Source: Oligoflexia bacterium (GTDB lineage Bacteria > Bdellovibrionota > UBA1018). Taken from it: DNA of 64,000 nucleotides. The notes below the pieces were generated by a model, which did no database searches, was not told the DNA's origin, and was given only the letters and a program-made list of their open reading frames with translations. Numbering within the stretch: position 1 is the stretch's first letter; each line of letters opens with the position of its first letter. The translations under genes and the position numbers were made by a program. Positions 51,652 to 63,286 of the stretch are shown here, piece by piece. The stretch lies in contig CAVWVI010000001.1 of NCBI GenBank assembly GCA_963758495.1, positions 288,001-352,000 of the forward strand, given 5' to 3'.

Positions 51652-52724
51652 GCTTGTTTCACCTTAGATTTGTCCTTAGATTTGTCCTTGGATTTTTCAA
51701 TATGACCACCGAACTCGAAGCGCATCGCCGACACCACTCGATCAGCGAATTGCGCCTCACCACGAGAAGCGAAGCGTTCAGAGATGGCTGTTGAAAGAAT
51801 GGGTGACGGTACGCTCTCGTCAATCGCAGCCTTAAGCGTCCAGCGACCTTCGCCCGAATCAGAAATTCGCCCGGTAAAATCGCTCAATTCTGGATTTCGC
51901 TCGAGAGCCGTAGCAGTCAAGTCGAGCAACCACGATGCGATTACGCTTCCGCGTCGCCAGACTTCGGCAATGTCACGCAGATCGAAATCGTACTGATAAA
52001 ATTCAGGGTTCGTCAGGGGTGCAGTTTCTGCGTCTTCATGCCCCTGAGCTTGCCCCTGAGCACGATTCTCCTCCTTGCCGACGTTTGCGTGGCGGAGAAT
52101 ATTGAATCCTTCTGCATACGCGGCCATAAGCCCATACTCGATGCCGTTATGAACCATTTTTACAAAATGCCCCGCACCGTTGGGGCCGCAGCGCAGATAA
52201 CCGTTCTCTGCAGGTGTGGGTGGGCCATTACGCCCAGGAGTGCGCGAAGCAGCCGCGGTCATAGATGGAGCCAAAGCAGAAAAAATTGGATCGAGACGTT
52301 TGACTACGTTGATATCTCCGCCAATCATCAGACAGTAGCCTCGCTCCTTGCCCCATATCCCTCCGGAAGTCCCAACGTCTACGTATTGAATTCCCTTCGT
52401 TGTCAGCGATTTGGAACGACGGATATCATCGTGGTAATAGGAGTTGCCACCGTCGATGATCACATCTTCGCGCGCTAATAGAGGCACGAGTGCAGCGATC
52501 ATCTCATCAACTGCTGCAGCCGGAACCATGAGCCAGATTGCACGTGGCGTATCGAGCTTACTGACCAGCTCCTCGATAGAGCTAACGCCAATCGCGCCCT
52601 CGTCAACAACCGGTTTTACTTTTTCTACATGACGATTATAAGCTACGACTTCGTGGCCCGCCTTGAGCAGGCGTACTGCCATGTTTGCTCCCATTCGACC
52701 CAACCCGACCATTCCAATTTTCAT
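51648..52724 (-). CDS. gnd: Decarboxylating 6-phosphogluconate dehydrogenase (short type)
   Basis: GLGRMG, DGGNS, KMVHNGIEY, DSGEGRW. Confidence 0.95.
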   Translation of the reverse strand: MKIGMVGLGRMGANMAVRLLKAGHEVVAYNRHVEKVKPVVDEGAIGVSSIEELVSKLDTPRAIWLMVPAAAVDEMIAALVPLLAREDVIIDGGNSYYHDDIRRSKSLTTKGIQYVDVGTSGGIWGKERGYCLMIGGDINVVKRLDPIFSALAPSMTAAASRTPGRNGPPTPAENGYLRCGPNGAGHFVKMVHNGIEYGLMAAYAEGFNILRHANVGKEENRAQGQAQGHEDAETAPLTNPEFYQYDFDLRDIAEVWRRGSVIASWLLDLTATALERNPELSDFTGRISDSGEGRWTLKAAIDESVPSPILSTAISERFASRGEAQFADRVVSAMRFEFGGHIEKSKDKSKDKSKVKQA

Positions 52725-53434
52725 GTCTCCATTCTATTCATATTTCGTTCCTCGAGTTGCGCGCACAAGCGGCGATATGCGCTTCCAGGTGCGTCCTCCC
52801 AGAAGATCGCGCTTCCTGCCACGATGAGGTCAGCGCCAGCGCTCTGGATCGCTGCGATGTTGGCGTCATGAACTCCTCCGTCCACCTCGATCATACCCGC
52901 GGGCAAGAGCTTGCGAAGTAGTCTAATCCGCTCGTAAGTATCCGGTAAGAATGACTGCCCAGAAAGTCCTGGATGAATACTCATGCACAACACGAAGTCA
53001 GCCGACTCAGCGGCAGCAACGGCTTTCTCCACGGACGTCTCAGGATTGAATGCCACGCCGACGCTGAGACCGAGCTGGCGAGCATACCGAATGGCGCTAG
53101 TCGGGTCGGCACAAGCTTCCACATGAAAGCTGACGCTATCTGCTCCGGCAGTCTTTAAATGAGCGAACTGCCGCTCTGGATCCTCCACCATGAGATGACA
53201 CCCGATCGCCCCCTGGCGCTCGTGAATGAGTGGAGCAATCGATCTGAGCACCACTGGGCCGATTGTAATATCTTCGATGAAGCGTCCATCACCGACGTCG
53301 AAGTGAAAGAGTCGTGCCCCTACGTCAAGCAATGAGAGCAGCTGCTCTCCCAATTTCAAAAAATTAGCTGCATAGATGGAAGGAACGATCTCAACCCCTC
53401 GAAACCACTTTCGCCAAGGTAATTTCTCGGTCAT
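52721..53434 (-). CDS. rpe: Ribulose-phosphate 3-epimerase
   Basis: PSI, HFDVGDG, HLMV, EVDGG, VAGSA. Confidence 0.9.
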   Translation of the reverse strand: MTEKLPWRKWFRGVEIVPSIYAANFLKLGEQLLSLLDVGARLFHFDVGDGRFIEDITIGPVVLRSIAPLIHERQGAIGCHLMVEDPERQFAHLKTAGADSVSFHVEACADPTSAIRYARQLGLSVGVAFNPETSVEKAVAAAESADFVLCMSIHPGLSGQSFLPDTYERIRLLRKLLPAGMIEVDGGVHDANIAAIQSAGADLIVAGSAIFWEDAPGSAYRRLCAQLEERNMNRMET

Positions 53435-53523
53435 TTTGGCTTAACGAGTTGCAAGAATGAATCCCAGTTATGGGATTTTAAGCCACACCTTGCACACGGA
53501 ACGGTTCAATCGAAAAAAGGTGT

Positions 53524-56500
53524 TCAAGCCACGTGCTTAAGTTGGCCCTTGTTCTTCAGACTCCTGTAGCGTCGAATCAGAGAATTAGTCGAGGAATCAT
53601 GTAAGAGTTTTGGTTCGGCCTCGCTCTCGAGTTCGGGAATGATCCTCTTCGCCAGTACTTTACCGAGCTCAACACCCCATTGATCGAATGAATCAATATC
53701 CCAGAGGACACCCTGAGTGAAAGTGCTATGCTCATAAAGCGCGACCATAGTCCCCAGAATTCTCGGTGTTAGCTCTTCGGCGAGGATCACATTGGACGGT
53801 CGGTTACCTTCCATCACACGATGAGGTACAATCTCTGGATCAGTTCCCTCAGCGCGCACTTCTTCTTTGACTTCTTCTGGGGTCTTGCCGAAAGCCAAGG
53901 CCTCGGCCTGGGCGAAAACATTCGACATGAGGATATCGTGATGATCTCCGAGTGGGTTGAGCGCTTTGCCGAAGCCGATGAGATCGAGCGGAATGAGTTT
54001 GGTGCCCTGATGAATGAGCTGGTAAAAACTGTGCTGCCCATTAGTTCCGGGCTCACCCCAGTAGACACCGCCGGTCTGATAATCAACAATAGTTCCATCC
54101 AGCCGCACGTGTTTGCCGTTGGACTCCATTGTCAGCTGCTGCAAGTAAGCAGGAAATCGTTTGAGATATTGATCATAGGGCATCACACCGAAAGTCTGTG
54201 CCCCAAAGAAATCCCCGTACCAAACCGCGAGCAACCCCATTAAAACTGGGAGATTCTGATCAAACGGTGCAGTACGGAAATGCTCGTCGAGCTCATGGAA
54301 GCCTTCCAGCATATCCTGGAAATGATCGGGCCCAATAGCTAGCATTGTAGACAAACCGATCGCGGAATCCATTGAGTAGCGTCCACCGACCCAGTCCCAA
54401 AAGCCGAACATGTTTGCGGGATCAATGCCGAACTCAGACACACGTTGGGAATGAGTCGATACAGCGACGAAGTGTTTACCGATAGCCGACTCACTCTTGA
54501 GTCCGGCGATTGCCCAATCCCGTGCCGATTGTGCATTGGTCATCGTTTCGAGGGTACCGAACGTCTTCGATGAAACAATAAATAATGTTTCTTCTGGATT
54601 CAAGTCGCGTGTAGCCTCGACGAAGTCGGTCGAATCGACGTTCGAGACAAATCGGAAATTCATGTCGCGCTTGCTATAAAATCGCAAGGCCTCATACGCC
54701 ATCACCGGTCCAAGATCCGATCCGCCAATGCCTATATTAACGACATTCCGGATAGACTTACCAGTGTGCCCTTTCCACTCCCCTGATCGCACGCTCTCGG
54801 CGAATGTCCGCATTCGACCGAGGACTTCGTGGACCTGCTTAACGACGTCTTTGCCGTCCCCATCATCCAAGATGAGTGACTCATTCTCGGGCATACGTAG
54901 CGCGACATGCAATACTGGGCGATTCTCAGAAACATTGATACGCTCCCCTCGAAACATGCCATCGATGCGTTCGCGTAGTCCGCTCTCGCCAGCGAGTTGA
55001 ACAAGCAACCGCAAGGTCTCATCAGTAATTCTGTTTTTCGAGTAGTCTAAGTGAATTCCAGCCGCATCAAGGGTGAAACGCTCCGCCCGGCTAGGGTCAG
55101 CAGCAAACAGGTCTCGCAAATGGCGACCTGAAAGTTCACGGTGGTGGTGTTCGAGGGCTTTCCAAGCGGACCGCTGTCGAAGTGGGGTGGTCATCGAACG
55201 GACCGATGGGGCTAGGTTTATCTTCTGCTGCTCGATATGCTGGAGTAGGTCTTTCCATGACTCGCTGAATGCGTTAGCTCCCTCTTCCTGGAGCCGCGAG
55301 GCCAGCTTGTGGAGATCCACACCACCAGCAGCAAACTGAGCAAGCACAGAATCGCAGTCCCCACCATCAGCCGGCATTTCTTCGCCAACCTCGCCATGAT
55401 CAGCAAATGCAATAAGGGTCTTGTCAGGCATGGTATTCACTGTAAAGGGGGCAAATAAGTTGTGTACATAAAATGTGTCGTCTAATTTTTTTGGCAATTT
55501 CTTTGGTGCGGACGGGTCGTCTTTGGTACTCGTGCTGGCCCAAAGCAGTCGCTGCATTCGAGCACCACTGTTTGCCAATCGTAGAACTCTCTCCGAGCTC
55601 ATCAGCTGCCGATACGACCGATAGATGTCCCGACCAACAGCCACGGCAAGTCGGTTTTTCAGCTCCGCAGGAACAATCGGATTGGCGGCCTTATCCCAAC
55701 GTGACATAAATACGGAGGCGACCGAGCCCACCCGAGGATTGAGTCCAGCTGCAATACGGCGTTCAATACCCCGTAAATAAGCTTCGGCTGCGCCCTGATA
55801 CTGATCGGCAGAAAAGAGCAAAGTCACGTTGATCGGGACGCCAGCAGCAATACACTCCTCGATTGCAATAAGCCCCTCAGAAGTACCGGGAATCTTAATC
55901 AAGAGATTGGGGCGACCGGCTCGCTTGTGTAGCGACATGGCAGCTTTGATAGTATTCTTCGTATCATGCGCGAGGAGGGGCGACACTTCCAATGAAACCC
56001 AGCCATCTACACCGTCGGTGCGCTCGTAAATAGGTAAGAACAGGTCAGCCGCGCGCCGAAGATCTTCAACTGCAAGACTGAAGAACAGCTCTTCTTCTGT
56101 AATTCCAGTGCTAATTCCAGTTTTGGCCTTGTCTTTAATCTCGGTGTCGTACTCCCCTGATTCTATTGCTTTGTCAAAGATAGAGGGATTTGAGGTCAGT
56201 CCGGTTACCGAGTATTGCTCCACATAGCGTGCGATTTGACCCGAATCGAGCATTTGTCGAGTAATGTTGTCGAGCCAAAGGCTTTGTCCTTCCCTATGCA
56301 ATTTTTCCGTTGCTCTCATTGAAGTTCTCCTTTCAGAAACCGGTTTTAAGTTTATTGGCAACAGCGAAGCGGCCCTGTTATCCACAAGCCATGTGATTCT
56401 CCCATTTCCGGGTCGGATAAACCGTGCCGGATACAATGAATAAGAAAAATTATCTTTTTTTGTGCCAGTTCCAATTATACTTCGAAGAATCGAAGCCTTT

Positions 56501-57132
56501 TCAGATCCAATGACTAAAAACATAATTTCTCTAGATGCATTGAATGCAGCCGGAGTAAGAGAGAATCGGTGGTCTTTTAAGTGGGTTACCCAAGGTGCGA
56601 TCACCAGACGATCTGGATCGCTGTCGCTAATTTCGGCACCGGGTATTCCATCTGGAAATAGAGACGCCGTATGACCGTCAGGACCAAGTCCAAGAAATAC
56701 CAAATCGAAAGACGGTTTATCGGATGGCCCTTTCAGCGCGAAGACGGTGCGTATGTCTTTTTCATACTCTTGTGCTACTTCTTGAGGATTGCGAAGTTCA
56801 GTGCGAAACCGATGGATGTTTTCTTTTGGAATGGGCACTTTCGAAAGCAAAGCGATCCATAGTGTATGAAAATTACTTTCAGGATGATCTGGCATGACAT
56901 TACGTTCATCGCCTAAGAACACGTGAATTTTTTCCCAAGGCAGCTTTGACTGAACCGATTGCGAAGCAAGCGCCTCGTATACTGGCCGAGGCGTGTTGCC
57001 GCCGGATCCAACAAATGTAAAATGAGTCCTATGCTGGAGTGTAGTTAATACTCGATCCATGAATAATGCGGCCCCACAGTTTGCAAAATTCCTAACGTCC
57101 GGCACAATCTGTAAGTCATATTTTTTGTCCAT
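53524..57132 (-). CDS. pgl-tal-pgi: Single ORF encoding 6-phosphogluconolactonase, transaldolase (from 56319) and glucose-6-phosphate isomerase (from 55194)
   Basis: [12 protein letters not shown] (Pgl); [20 protein letters not shown] (Tal); [29 protein letters not shown] (Pgi). No stop codons between them. Confidence 0.88.
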   Translation of the reverse strand: MDKKYDLQIVPDVRNFANCGAALFMDRVLTTLQHRTHFTFVGSGGNTPRPVYEALASQSVQSKLPWEKIHVFLGDERNVMPDHPESNFHTLWIALLSKVPIPKENIHRFRTELRNPQEVAQEYEKDIRTVFALKGPSDKPSFDLVFLGLGPDGHTASLFPDGIPGAEISDSDPDRLVIAPWVTHLKDHRFSLTPAAFNASREIMFLVIGSEKASILRSIIGTGTKKDNFSYSLYPARFIRPGNGRITWLVDNRAASLLPINLKPVSERRTSMRATEKLHREGQSLWLDNITRQMLDSGQIARYVEQYSVTGLTSNPSIFDKAIESGEYDTEIKDKAKTGISTGITEEELFFSLAVEDLRRAADLFLPIYERTDGVDGWVSLEVSPLLAHDTKNTIKAAMSLHKRAGRPNLLIKIPGTSEGLIAIEECIAAGVPINVTLLFSADQYQGAAEAYLRGIERRIAAGLNPRVGSVASVFMSRWDKAANPIVPAELKNRLAVAVGRDIYRSYRQLMSSERVLRLANSGARMQRLLWASTSTKDDPSAPKKLPKKLDDTFYVHNLFAPFTVNTMPDKTLIAFADHGEVGEEMPADGGDCDSVLAQFAAGGVDLHKLASRLQEEGANAFSESWKDLLQHIEQQKINLAPSVRSMTTPLRQRSAWKALEHHHRELSGRHLRDLFAADPSRAERFTLDAAGIHLDYSKNRITDETLRLLVQLAGESGLRERIDGMFRGERINVSENRPVLHVALRMPENESLILDDGDGKDVVKQVHEVLGRMRTFAESVRSGEWKGHTGKSIRNVVNIGIGGSDLGPVMAYEALRFYSKRDMNFRFVSNVDSTDFVEATRDLNPEETLFIVSSKTFGTLETMTNAQSARDWAIAGLKSESAIGKHFVAVSTHSQRVSEFGIDPANMFGFWDWVGGRYSMDSAIGLSTMLAIGPDHFQDMLEGFHELDEHFRTAPFDQNLPVLMGLLAVWYGDFFGAQTFGVMPYDQYLKRFPAYLQQLTMESNGKHVRLDGTIVDYQTGGVYWGEPGTNGQHSFYQLIHQGTKLIPLDLIGFGKALNPLGDHHDILMSNVFAQAEALAFGKTPEEVKEEVRAEGTDPEIVPHRVMEGNRPSNVILAEELTPRILGTMVALYEHSTFTQGVLWDIDSFDQWGVELGKVLAKRIIPELESEAEPKLLHDSSTNSLIRRYRSLKNKGQLKHVA

Positions 57133-57190
57133 TGGTCTTTCCTTTGTGGATTGGCCTTTGTGGATTGGCCTTTGCAATTTGAGTACACTC

Positions 57191-57577
57191 ATGGGAACCA
57201 AGTGCAGCCATGTCACAGCTATTCGTGAAGTTGAACCAAAGACCCCAGAGGGCTGCCAGGAGTGCCTCGAAATGGGGGACGACTGGGTACACCTCAGGCT
57301 ATGTATGTCCTGTGGTCATGTTGGCTGCTGCGATGACTCAAGGAATCGTCACGCAACCCGCCACTTTCATGAGACGAACCATCCAACAAGTAAAGAAGGC
57401 AAACGTTGTAGTTCCATCTACCAGCTTGAATTTGATCATCACTATGTCTCGATAGCTCATGGTGGGGGTAATGCAGAAGCAAATTGTAAATTATTTTGTC
57501 GCCCCCACAATGCTGCACACCCTGTTGAGGTTTTCGGTGCTAAGTATATGGGAAATTGGCTGCCTAGTATTAATTAA
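57191..57577 (+). pseudogene. UBP-type zinc finger N-terminal part fused to an HNH C-terminal remnant
   Basis: CSH...CQEC...[22 protein letters not shown], then from ~57386 GKRCSS..LEFDH...GG..N..LFCRPHN...FGAKYM. Confidence 0.7.
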
Positions 57578-57604
57578 AGAATATTATAAGCACTGACACC
57601 TATT

Positions 57605-58273
57605 TTAGGTCTCGGGTTCTTTAAGCAAGGAATAATATTTCTCGCCGATACGAATGCTTTCGCGCCCCTGCGCGTTTCGCCAGCGATTGTTATCACGCAG
57701 AGAGTAAGCGCAACCGCAATATTCTTGTTGGTAAAAACTCTCCCGCTTGGCGATTTCCACCATGCGCGAAGAGCCACCTTGCTTGCGCCAGTTGTAAGTC
57801 CAGTACTCGATGCCTGGATAATGAGAGGCCGATCGAATACCGCTTTCGTTGATCTGCTCCATGTTTTTCCAACGGGAAATTCCAAGCGAGCTTGAAATTA
57901 AAGTAAATCCATTCTCAAAGGCGTAAAGAGCGGTGCGTTCAAAACGCATATCAAAGCACATCGAGCACCGGATTCCACGTTCGGGTTCATGCTCCATGCC
58001 TTTCGCGCGCGAAAACCAATTATCCACATCGTAGTCACAGTCGATGAACGGAATCCCGTGCTTCTCGGCGAAGCGGATATTCTCATCCTTTCGGATCTCG
58101 TACTCTTTCTTCGGATGAATGTTCGGGTTGTAAAAGAAGATCGAGTAGTCGATACCGGAAAAGATCAATGCTTCCATCACCTCGCCAGAGCAGGGCGCGC
58201 AACACGAATGAAGCAGGAGCTTTTGATGCCCTGCGGGAAGGGTTAGGCGTTCGCGATCGAGATGTTTTTGCAT
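57605..58273 (-). CDS. queH: Epoxyqueuosine reductase QueH
   Basis: [31 protein letters not shown]. Confidence 0.92.
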   Translation of the reverse strand: MQKHLDRERLTLPAGHQKLLLHSCCAPCSGEVMEALIFSGIDYSIFFYNPNIHPKKEYEIRKDENIRFAEKHGIPFIDCDYDVDNWFSRAKGMEHEPERGIRCSMCFDMRFERTALYAFENGFTLISSSLGISRWKNMEQINESGIRSASHYPGIEYWTYNWRKQGGSSRMVEIAKRESFYQQEYCGCAYSLRDNNRWRNAQGRESIRIGEKYYSLLKEPET

Positions 58274-58402
58274 GCGCCGAACCTAACTGAAAACTCAAAG
58301 GACCGTCAAGGATAACATTGACATCTGTGGTTTCCCCAGTTTAGGCTCAATCTCTGGTCCTTCTCAACCTCTGGCCCTTAAAAAAGAGGTAGAAAGAGTG
58401 CT

Positions 58403-59911
58403 ATGACTAAAAAAATACCCCTTTTTCTGAATGGTGAATTCGTTGAAAGCCGCACATCCCAATATCTTCCCGTCACCAATCCTGCAACCCAAGAGATCCT
58501 CGCGCAAGTTCCTTTGGCGACTGCCGACGAAGTGGATCGCGCTGTCGCAGCCGCGAAAACTGCGTTCATCTCCTGGAAAGAGGTTCCAGTTCCCGAGCGA
58601 GCGCGGCTGTTCCTGAAATATCAGCACATTCTCAAGGAAAATCAGGACGAAATCGCCAAAATTCTCTCGAAAGAAAACGGCAAGACTTTACCCGATGCAA
58701 AGGGCGATGTATGGCGCGGGATCGAGGTCGTCGAGCAAGCCTGTAACGTCTCCTCCCTCATGATGGGTGAAACGGTCGAAAACGTGGCCCGCAACATCGA
58801 CACCTACAGCTTGATCCAACCTCTGGGCGTCTGCGCCGGTATCACCCCATTCAATTTTCCAGCGATGATTCCTTTATGGATGTACCCGATGGCGATTGCC
58901 TGCGGAAATACTTTCGTCCTCAAACCATCCGAGCAAGATCCGATGACGCCGACTCGGCTCGCTGAACTTTTCAATGAGGCTGGATTTCCAAAAGGCATTC
59001 TGAATGTCGTTCATGGCAGCAAAGAGCAAGTGGATCAGCTTCTCTGTCACCGCGATATTCAGGCGATTTCTTTTGTGGGCTCGGTTCCTGTGGCTGAGCA
59101 CGTCTACCGCACAGGCACGCACCATTTGAAGCGAGTCCAGGCGTTCGGTGGAGCCAAGAATCATATGGTCGTCATGCCGGATGCGAACCAGGAGCAGGTC
59201 GTAAACAGCCTCGTCGGCGCTTCCTGCGGAGCCGCCGGCCAACGCTGCATGGCGATCAGCGTGGCCGTGTTGGTGGGCAAGGCCGGCGATATGGCCAACA
59301 ATATCCAGAAAGCCCTGTCGCAGATTCGGCCGGGGAATTGGGATGACGAAAGTGCGGCTTTCGGACCTGTCATTAGCCCAAAGGCTAAGGATCGTGTGCT
59401 CTCCCTGATCGCTCAGGGGCAAAAAGAAGGAGCCCAGCTCCTTCTCGACGGGCGGAACTGTAAGGTGGACAAGTATCCCAAGGGTAACTTCATCGGCGCG
59501 ACGCTCTTTGACAAGGTGACGCCCGAGATGACGATCTATCAAGAGGAAATCTTCGGCCCCGTCCTCCTCTTGATGAGAGCGGAAAGCCTCGAAGATGCCA
59601 TCCGGATCATCAACAACAATCCTTACGGCAACGGAACCTCAATCTTCACCGCATCGGGCGCTGCCGCCCACAAGTTCCAGCACGAGGTCGAAGTGGGCCA
59701 GATTGGCGTGAATGTCCCCATTCCAGTGCCACTCCCCTTCTTCTCCTTCACCGGATGGCGACGGTCGTTTTTCGGCGATCTCCATGCCTATGGTAAGCAG
59801 GCTGTTCGCTTTTACAGTGAAACAAAAACAGTGACGGCGCGATGGTTTGAGTCGGATATCGCATCATCATCTCCTATTTTTTCTCCTAATATGACAATCC
59901 AACTTAAGTAA
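58403..59911 (+). CDS. mmsA: CoA-acylating methylmalonate-semialdehyde dehydrogenase
   Basis: [28 protein letters not shown]. Confidence 0.93.
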   Translation: MTKKIPLFLNGEFVESRTSQYLPVTNPATQEILAQVPLATADEVDRAVAAAKTAFISWKEVPVPERARLFLKYQHILKENQDEIAKILSKENGKTLPDAKGDVWRGIEVVEQACNVSSLMMGETVENVARNIDTYSLIQPLGVCAGITPFNFPAMIPLWMYPMAIACGNTFVLKPSEQDPMTPTRLAELFNEAGFPKGILNVVHGSKEQVDQLLCHRDIQAISFVGSVPVAEHVYRTGTHHLKRVQAFGGAKNHMVVMPDANQEQVVNSLVGASCGAAGQRCMAISVAVLVGKAGDMANNIQKALSQIRPGNWDDESAAFGPVISPKAKDRVLSLIAQGQKEGAQLLLDGRNCKVDKYPKGNFIGATLFDKVTPEMTIYQEEIFGPVLLLMRAESLEDAIRIINNNPYGNGTSIFTASGAAAHKFQHEVEVGQIGVNVPIPVPLPFFSFTGWRRSFFGDLHAYGKQAVRFYSETKTVTARWFESDIASSSPIFSPNMTIQLK

Positions 59912-59930
59912 GATAGACGGAGAGTGAATC

Positions 59931-61091
59931 GTGGATTTCAATCTCACTGAAAATCAGATCAACTTTCAAACGGCGGCCAGGGACTTTGCGGCAAAAGAGT
60001 TCACCCCTCACGCCTCCAGATGGGATAGAGAAAAAATCTTCCCTCGCGAGGCGATCCGCAAAGCCGGTGACATGGGATTCTGTGGCCTCTACATCAATGA
60101 GGATGTTGGTGGGCTGGGACTCTCGCGCTTGGATGCCTCTATCATCTTTGAAGAGCTGGCGGTGGGGTGTCCCTCAACGACAGCCTACCTCACGATCCAT
60201 AATATGGTGACTTGGATGATTGATCGCTTCGGGTCAGATCAGCTTCGTCATCGATTCTGCCCTGAGCTTGCAAGAGGTCAGAAACTCGGATCGTATTGCC
60301 TGACAGAGCCCTGGTCTGGATCAGACGCGGCGAGCTTGAGGGCAACGGCGCGGAAGCAGGGTGGTCATTACGTTCTCAATGGGACGAAAGCATTTGTCTC
60401 AGGTGCGGGCGAAAGCCAGGTTTTCGTGGTGATGGCTCGAACAGGAGATCAGACCCCCAAAGGTATTAGCAGTTTCGTCGTACCGGCGGATCTCAACGGC
60501 ATTTCATTTGGAGAAAATGAAAGGAAAATGGGCTGGAACTCACAAAGTACGCGCATCGTTAACTTCGATCAGGTCGTGGTTCCGCTTGAAAATCTTCTCG
60601 CTAAGGAAGGCACCGGTTTTAAGATTGCCATGTCAGGGCTTGACGGTGGGCGCGTCAATATCGCGACTTGCTCAGTAGGTGCTGCACAGGCAGCCTTGTG
60701 CATCTCCCAAAATTACATGCATGAGCGCGAGCAGTTTGGAAAGCCGCTGGCGCAGTTCCAGGCGCTTCAGTTCAAGATCGCAGATATGGTGACGGAATTG
60801 GTGGCCTCGCGCCAGATGGTTCGCTTGGCCGCCTCGAAACTCGACCACAAAGATCCGCAAGCGACCACCTACTGCGCGATGGCCAAACGCCTTGCGACTG
60901 ATATGTGCTTCGATGTCTGCAATCAGGCCATCCAGATTTTAGGAGGCTACGGTTATAGCCAAGACTATCCGCTTGAGCGATTGATGAGAGACACTCGAGT
61001 TCATCAAATCCTGGAAGGAACCAACGAGATCATGCGCGTGATCATCTCCCGAAAAATTTTGGAAGATGGGGCGACACTTGAGATTCGCTAA
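59931..61091 (+). CDS. Acyl-CoA dehydrogenase (isobutyryl-CoA type)
   Basis: YCLTEP.SGSD, KMGW, GGYGY, ILEGTNE; valine-degradation context. Confidence 0.9.
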   Translation: MDFNLTENQINFQTAARDFAAKEFTPHASRWDREKIFPREAIRKAGDMGFCGLYINEDVGGLGLSRLDASIIFEELAVGCPSTTAYLTIHNMVTWMIDRFGSDQLRHRFCPELARGQKLGSYCLTEPWSGSDAASLRATARKQGGHYVLNGTKAFVSGAGESQVFVVMARTGDQTPKGISSFVVPADLNGISFGENERKMGWNSQSTRIVNFDQVVVPLENLLAKEGTGFKIAMSGLDGGRVNIATCSVGAAQAALCISQNYMHEREQFGKPLAQFQALQFKIADMVTELVASRQMVRLAASKLDHKDPQATTYCAMAKRLATDMCFDVCNQAIQILGGYGYSQDYPLERLMRDTRVHQILEGTNEIMRVIISRKILEDGATLEIR

Positions 61092-61134
61092 ACATGCGCT
61101 CAACTTGCGCTAAACCGCAAAGAAAGGGTCAAAT

Positions 61135-62460
61135 ATGATTCTTTTCGAACAACGGGGTGGTCTCGGAATAGTCACGCTGAACTCTCCCAACACCCTGAAC
61201 TCCTTAAATCTTCGGATGATTAGGGAGCTTCACTCTCTCCTGAAAAAGTGGAAAGAGGATGATCGCATCTCATGTATCTTTTTGCAGGGAGCCGGAGATA
61301 AGGCATTTTGTGCAGGAGGCGACGTTCGGCACTTACATGACGCCATGATTCAACAAAGAAATCAAGACACCCGTACTCCAGCCAGGGACTGCGTGGAATT
61401 TTTCGCTGTGGAGTTTTTCGCTGAGGAGTATCGACTTGACTATGAGATCCATCGCTACCCTAAACCAGTCGTGGTTTGGGGCGACGGGATCGTCATGGGC
61501 GGTGGGATAGGATTGATGGCAGGAGCCTCCCATCGGATCGTCACTGAACGGAGCAAACTTGCCATGCCTGAAATTACCATCGGACTTTATCCCGACGTCG
61601 CGGGCACTTGGTTCCTGAACCGAATGCCCAACGGATGGGGCATGTATCTAGGGTTGACGGGTACTCGCTTGAATTCCGCCGACTCCATTTATTTAGGCTT
61701 GGCCGATACATTCATGATGAGTGATCAGAAAAACGAACTGATTGAGCGCTTGAGTCGCTGCAAATGGCAGTCGAAAGCATCCGAGAATAGGATTACCGTC
61801 ACGGAACTTTTAAAAGAAATCAGTGAAAAATTCGTTCCTCCTCCGTCTTCATCTCAGTCTCCGTCTCAGTCTCAGTCTCCGTCCCAGTCTTTGGCAAAAG
61901 AACACGAAGACCTCATTGGGCGGATTTCAGGCGCTCAGTCCGTGTACGAGTTTCGAGATCTTCTCCTTGCGATTCCGACTCCGACTGGTAAAAAAGACGA
62001 ATGGGTTTCAGCCGGAATCAAAAATTTCCAGGCAGGCTCTCCTAGCTCAGCCTTCATCATTATTGAGCAGCTTCGGCGTGGCAAGAAGATGACCTTGGAA
62101 GAGGTTTTCCGCTCTGAACTGAATCTGTCCGTTCAGTGTACCTTGCATCCTGATTTTGCCGAAGGGGTCCGCGCCTTGCTGGTCGATAAAGATCAAAAGC
62201 CTCAATGGCAACCCGCGACTCTGGAAACAGTCACCCAGGAATGGGTGGAAAGCTACTTTCAGCCGCTTTGGACGGAAAGAGAACATCCGCTACGAATCAT
62301 GAATTCAGTGAATTCAGTGAATTCAGCGAATTCAGCGAACCCAGTGAACCCATCAGGAGGCCATCATCATGATAAAAATCGCTTTCATCGGTCTTGGAAA
62401 CATGGGCGGGCCAATGGCCGCCAATCTCGTGAAAAACTCATACGATGTGATCGGCTTTGA
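61135..62460 (+). CDS. 3-hydroxyisobutyryl-CoA hydrolase (crotonase family)
   Basis: FCAGGD, GIVMGGG, MPE..IGL.PD, EGVRALLVDKD. The C-terminus overlaps mmsB. Confidence 0.88.
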   Translation: MILFEQRGGLGIVTLNSPNTLNSLNLRMIRELHSLLKKWKEDDRISCIFLQGAGDKAFCAGGDVRHLHDAMIQQRNQDTRTPARDCVEFFAVEFFAEEYRLDYEIHRYPKPVVVWGDGIVMGGGIGLMAGASHRIVTERSKLAMPEITIGLYPDVAGTWFLNRMPNGWGMYLGLTGTRLNSADSIYLGLADTFMMSDQKNELIERLSRCKWQSKASENRITVTELLKEISEKFVPPPSSSQSPSQSQSPSQSLAKEHEDLIGRISGAQSVYEFRDLLLAIPTPTGKKDEWVSAGIKNFQAGSPSSAFIIIEQLRRGKKMTLEEVFRSELNLSVQCTLHPDFAEGVRALLVDKDQKPQWQPATLETVTQEWVESYFQPLWTEREHPLRIMNSVNSVNSANSANPVNPSGGHHHDKNRFHRSWKHGRANGRQSREKLIRCDRL

Positions 62461-63286
62461 TCTATCTCAGGAGGCCTTAGCAGCTTTCGAGAAGGCGGGC
62501 GGTAAAACGGCAGTCACTGTACTTGACGCTTGTCGAGAGGCCGAGGTCATCATCACGATGCTCCCGTCTGGAAAGCACGTCGCTCAGGTCTTGACCCCTG
62601 AACTTGTCGGCCAGCTCAAGCCGAATACACTTATGATCGATAGTAGTACGATCGACCCAGCCACCTCGAAGAAAGTGGCCCAACTCGCAGAGCGTCGCGG
62701 AGTCCTCATGATTGATGCCCCTGTTTCGGGTGGAACGTCCGGGGCTCAGAATGCGACTCTCACATTCATCGTGGGTGGATCGGCGGCAGCACTGGAACGC
62801 GCAACCCCCATCTTGCAGTGCATGGGAAAAAACATCTTCCACGCCGGTCCCAGTGGATCGGGCCAAGTCGCAAAAATTTGCAACAACATGCTCCTTTCCA
62901 TTCATATGATCGGTACAGCAGAGGCGCTCAACCTCGGCGTGGCTCATGGTCTTGATCCCAAAGTCTTAAGCACGATCATGCAAAAAAGTTCGGGTCGCAA
63001 CTGGTCGCTTGAGGTTTATAATCCCTACCCAGGAGTCATGGATGGCACGCCCGCGTCTAGAGAATACAAAGGCGGTTTCTCCGTCGATCTCATGACGAAA
63101 GACCTTGGGCTTGCGGCCCAGGCGAGCGAGGAAACACAGACAGCAACTCCACTCGGATCAGCGGCGCTCGACCTCTATCAACGATGGCGCGAGACTGGTG
63201 GCAGCGGGTCTGATTTTTCCAGCGTGATCCGTTTCCTCGATCGCCAAAAAGGGGACCAAGAAGTTAAAAAGAAAGGTAAAAAATGA
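62369..63286 (+). CDS. mmsB: 3-hydroxyisobutyrate dehydrogenase
   Basis: FIGLGNMG, DAPVSGG, KICNNML; AGGAGG RBS. Confidence 0.93.
   Translation: MIKIAFIGLGNMGGPMAANLVKNSYDVIGFDLSQEALAAFEKAGGKTAVTVLDACREAEVIITMLPSGKHVAQVLTPELVGQLKPNTLMIDSSTIDPATSKKVAQLAERRGVLMIDAPVSGGTSGAQNATLTFIVGGSAAALERATPILQCMGKNIFHAGPSGSGQVAKICNNMLLSIHMIGTAEALNLGVAHGLDPKVLSTIMQKSSGRNWSLEVYNPYPGVMDGTPASREYKGGFSVDLMTKDLGLAAQASEETQTATPLGSAALDLYQRWRETGGSGSDFSSVIRFLDRQKGDQEVKKKGKK

Noticed and set aside
58874..59542. 222-aa antisense ORF and similar shadow ORFs
   Set aside because: They lie opposite well-supported genes (here mmsA) and have no recognisable motifs.
62299..62352. 9-bp tandem repeats as a CRISPR-like array
   Set aside because: No spacers and no cas genes; it is a simple microsatellite.
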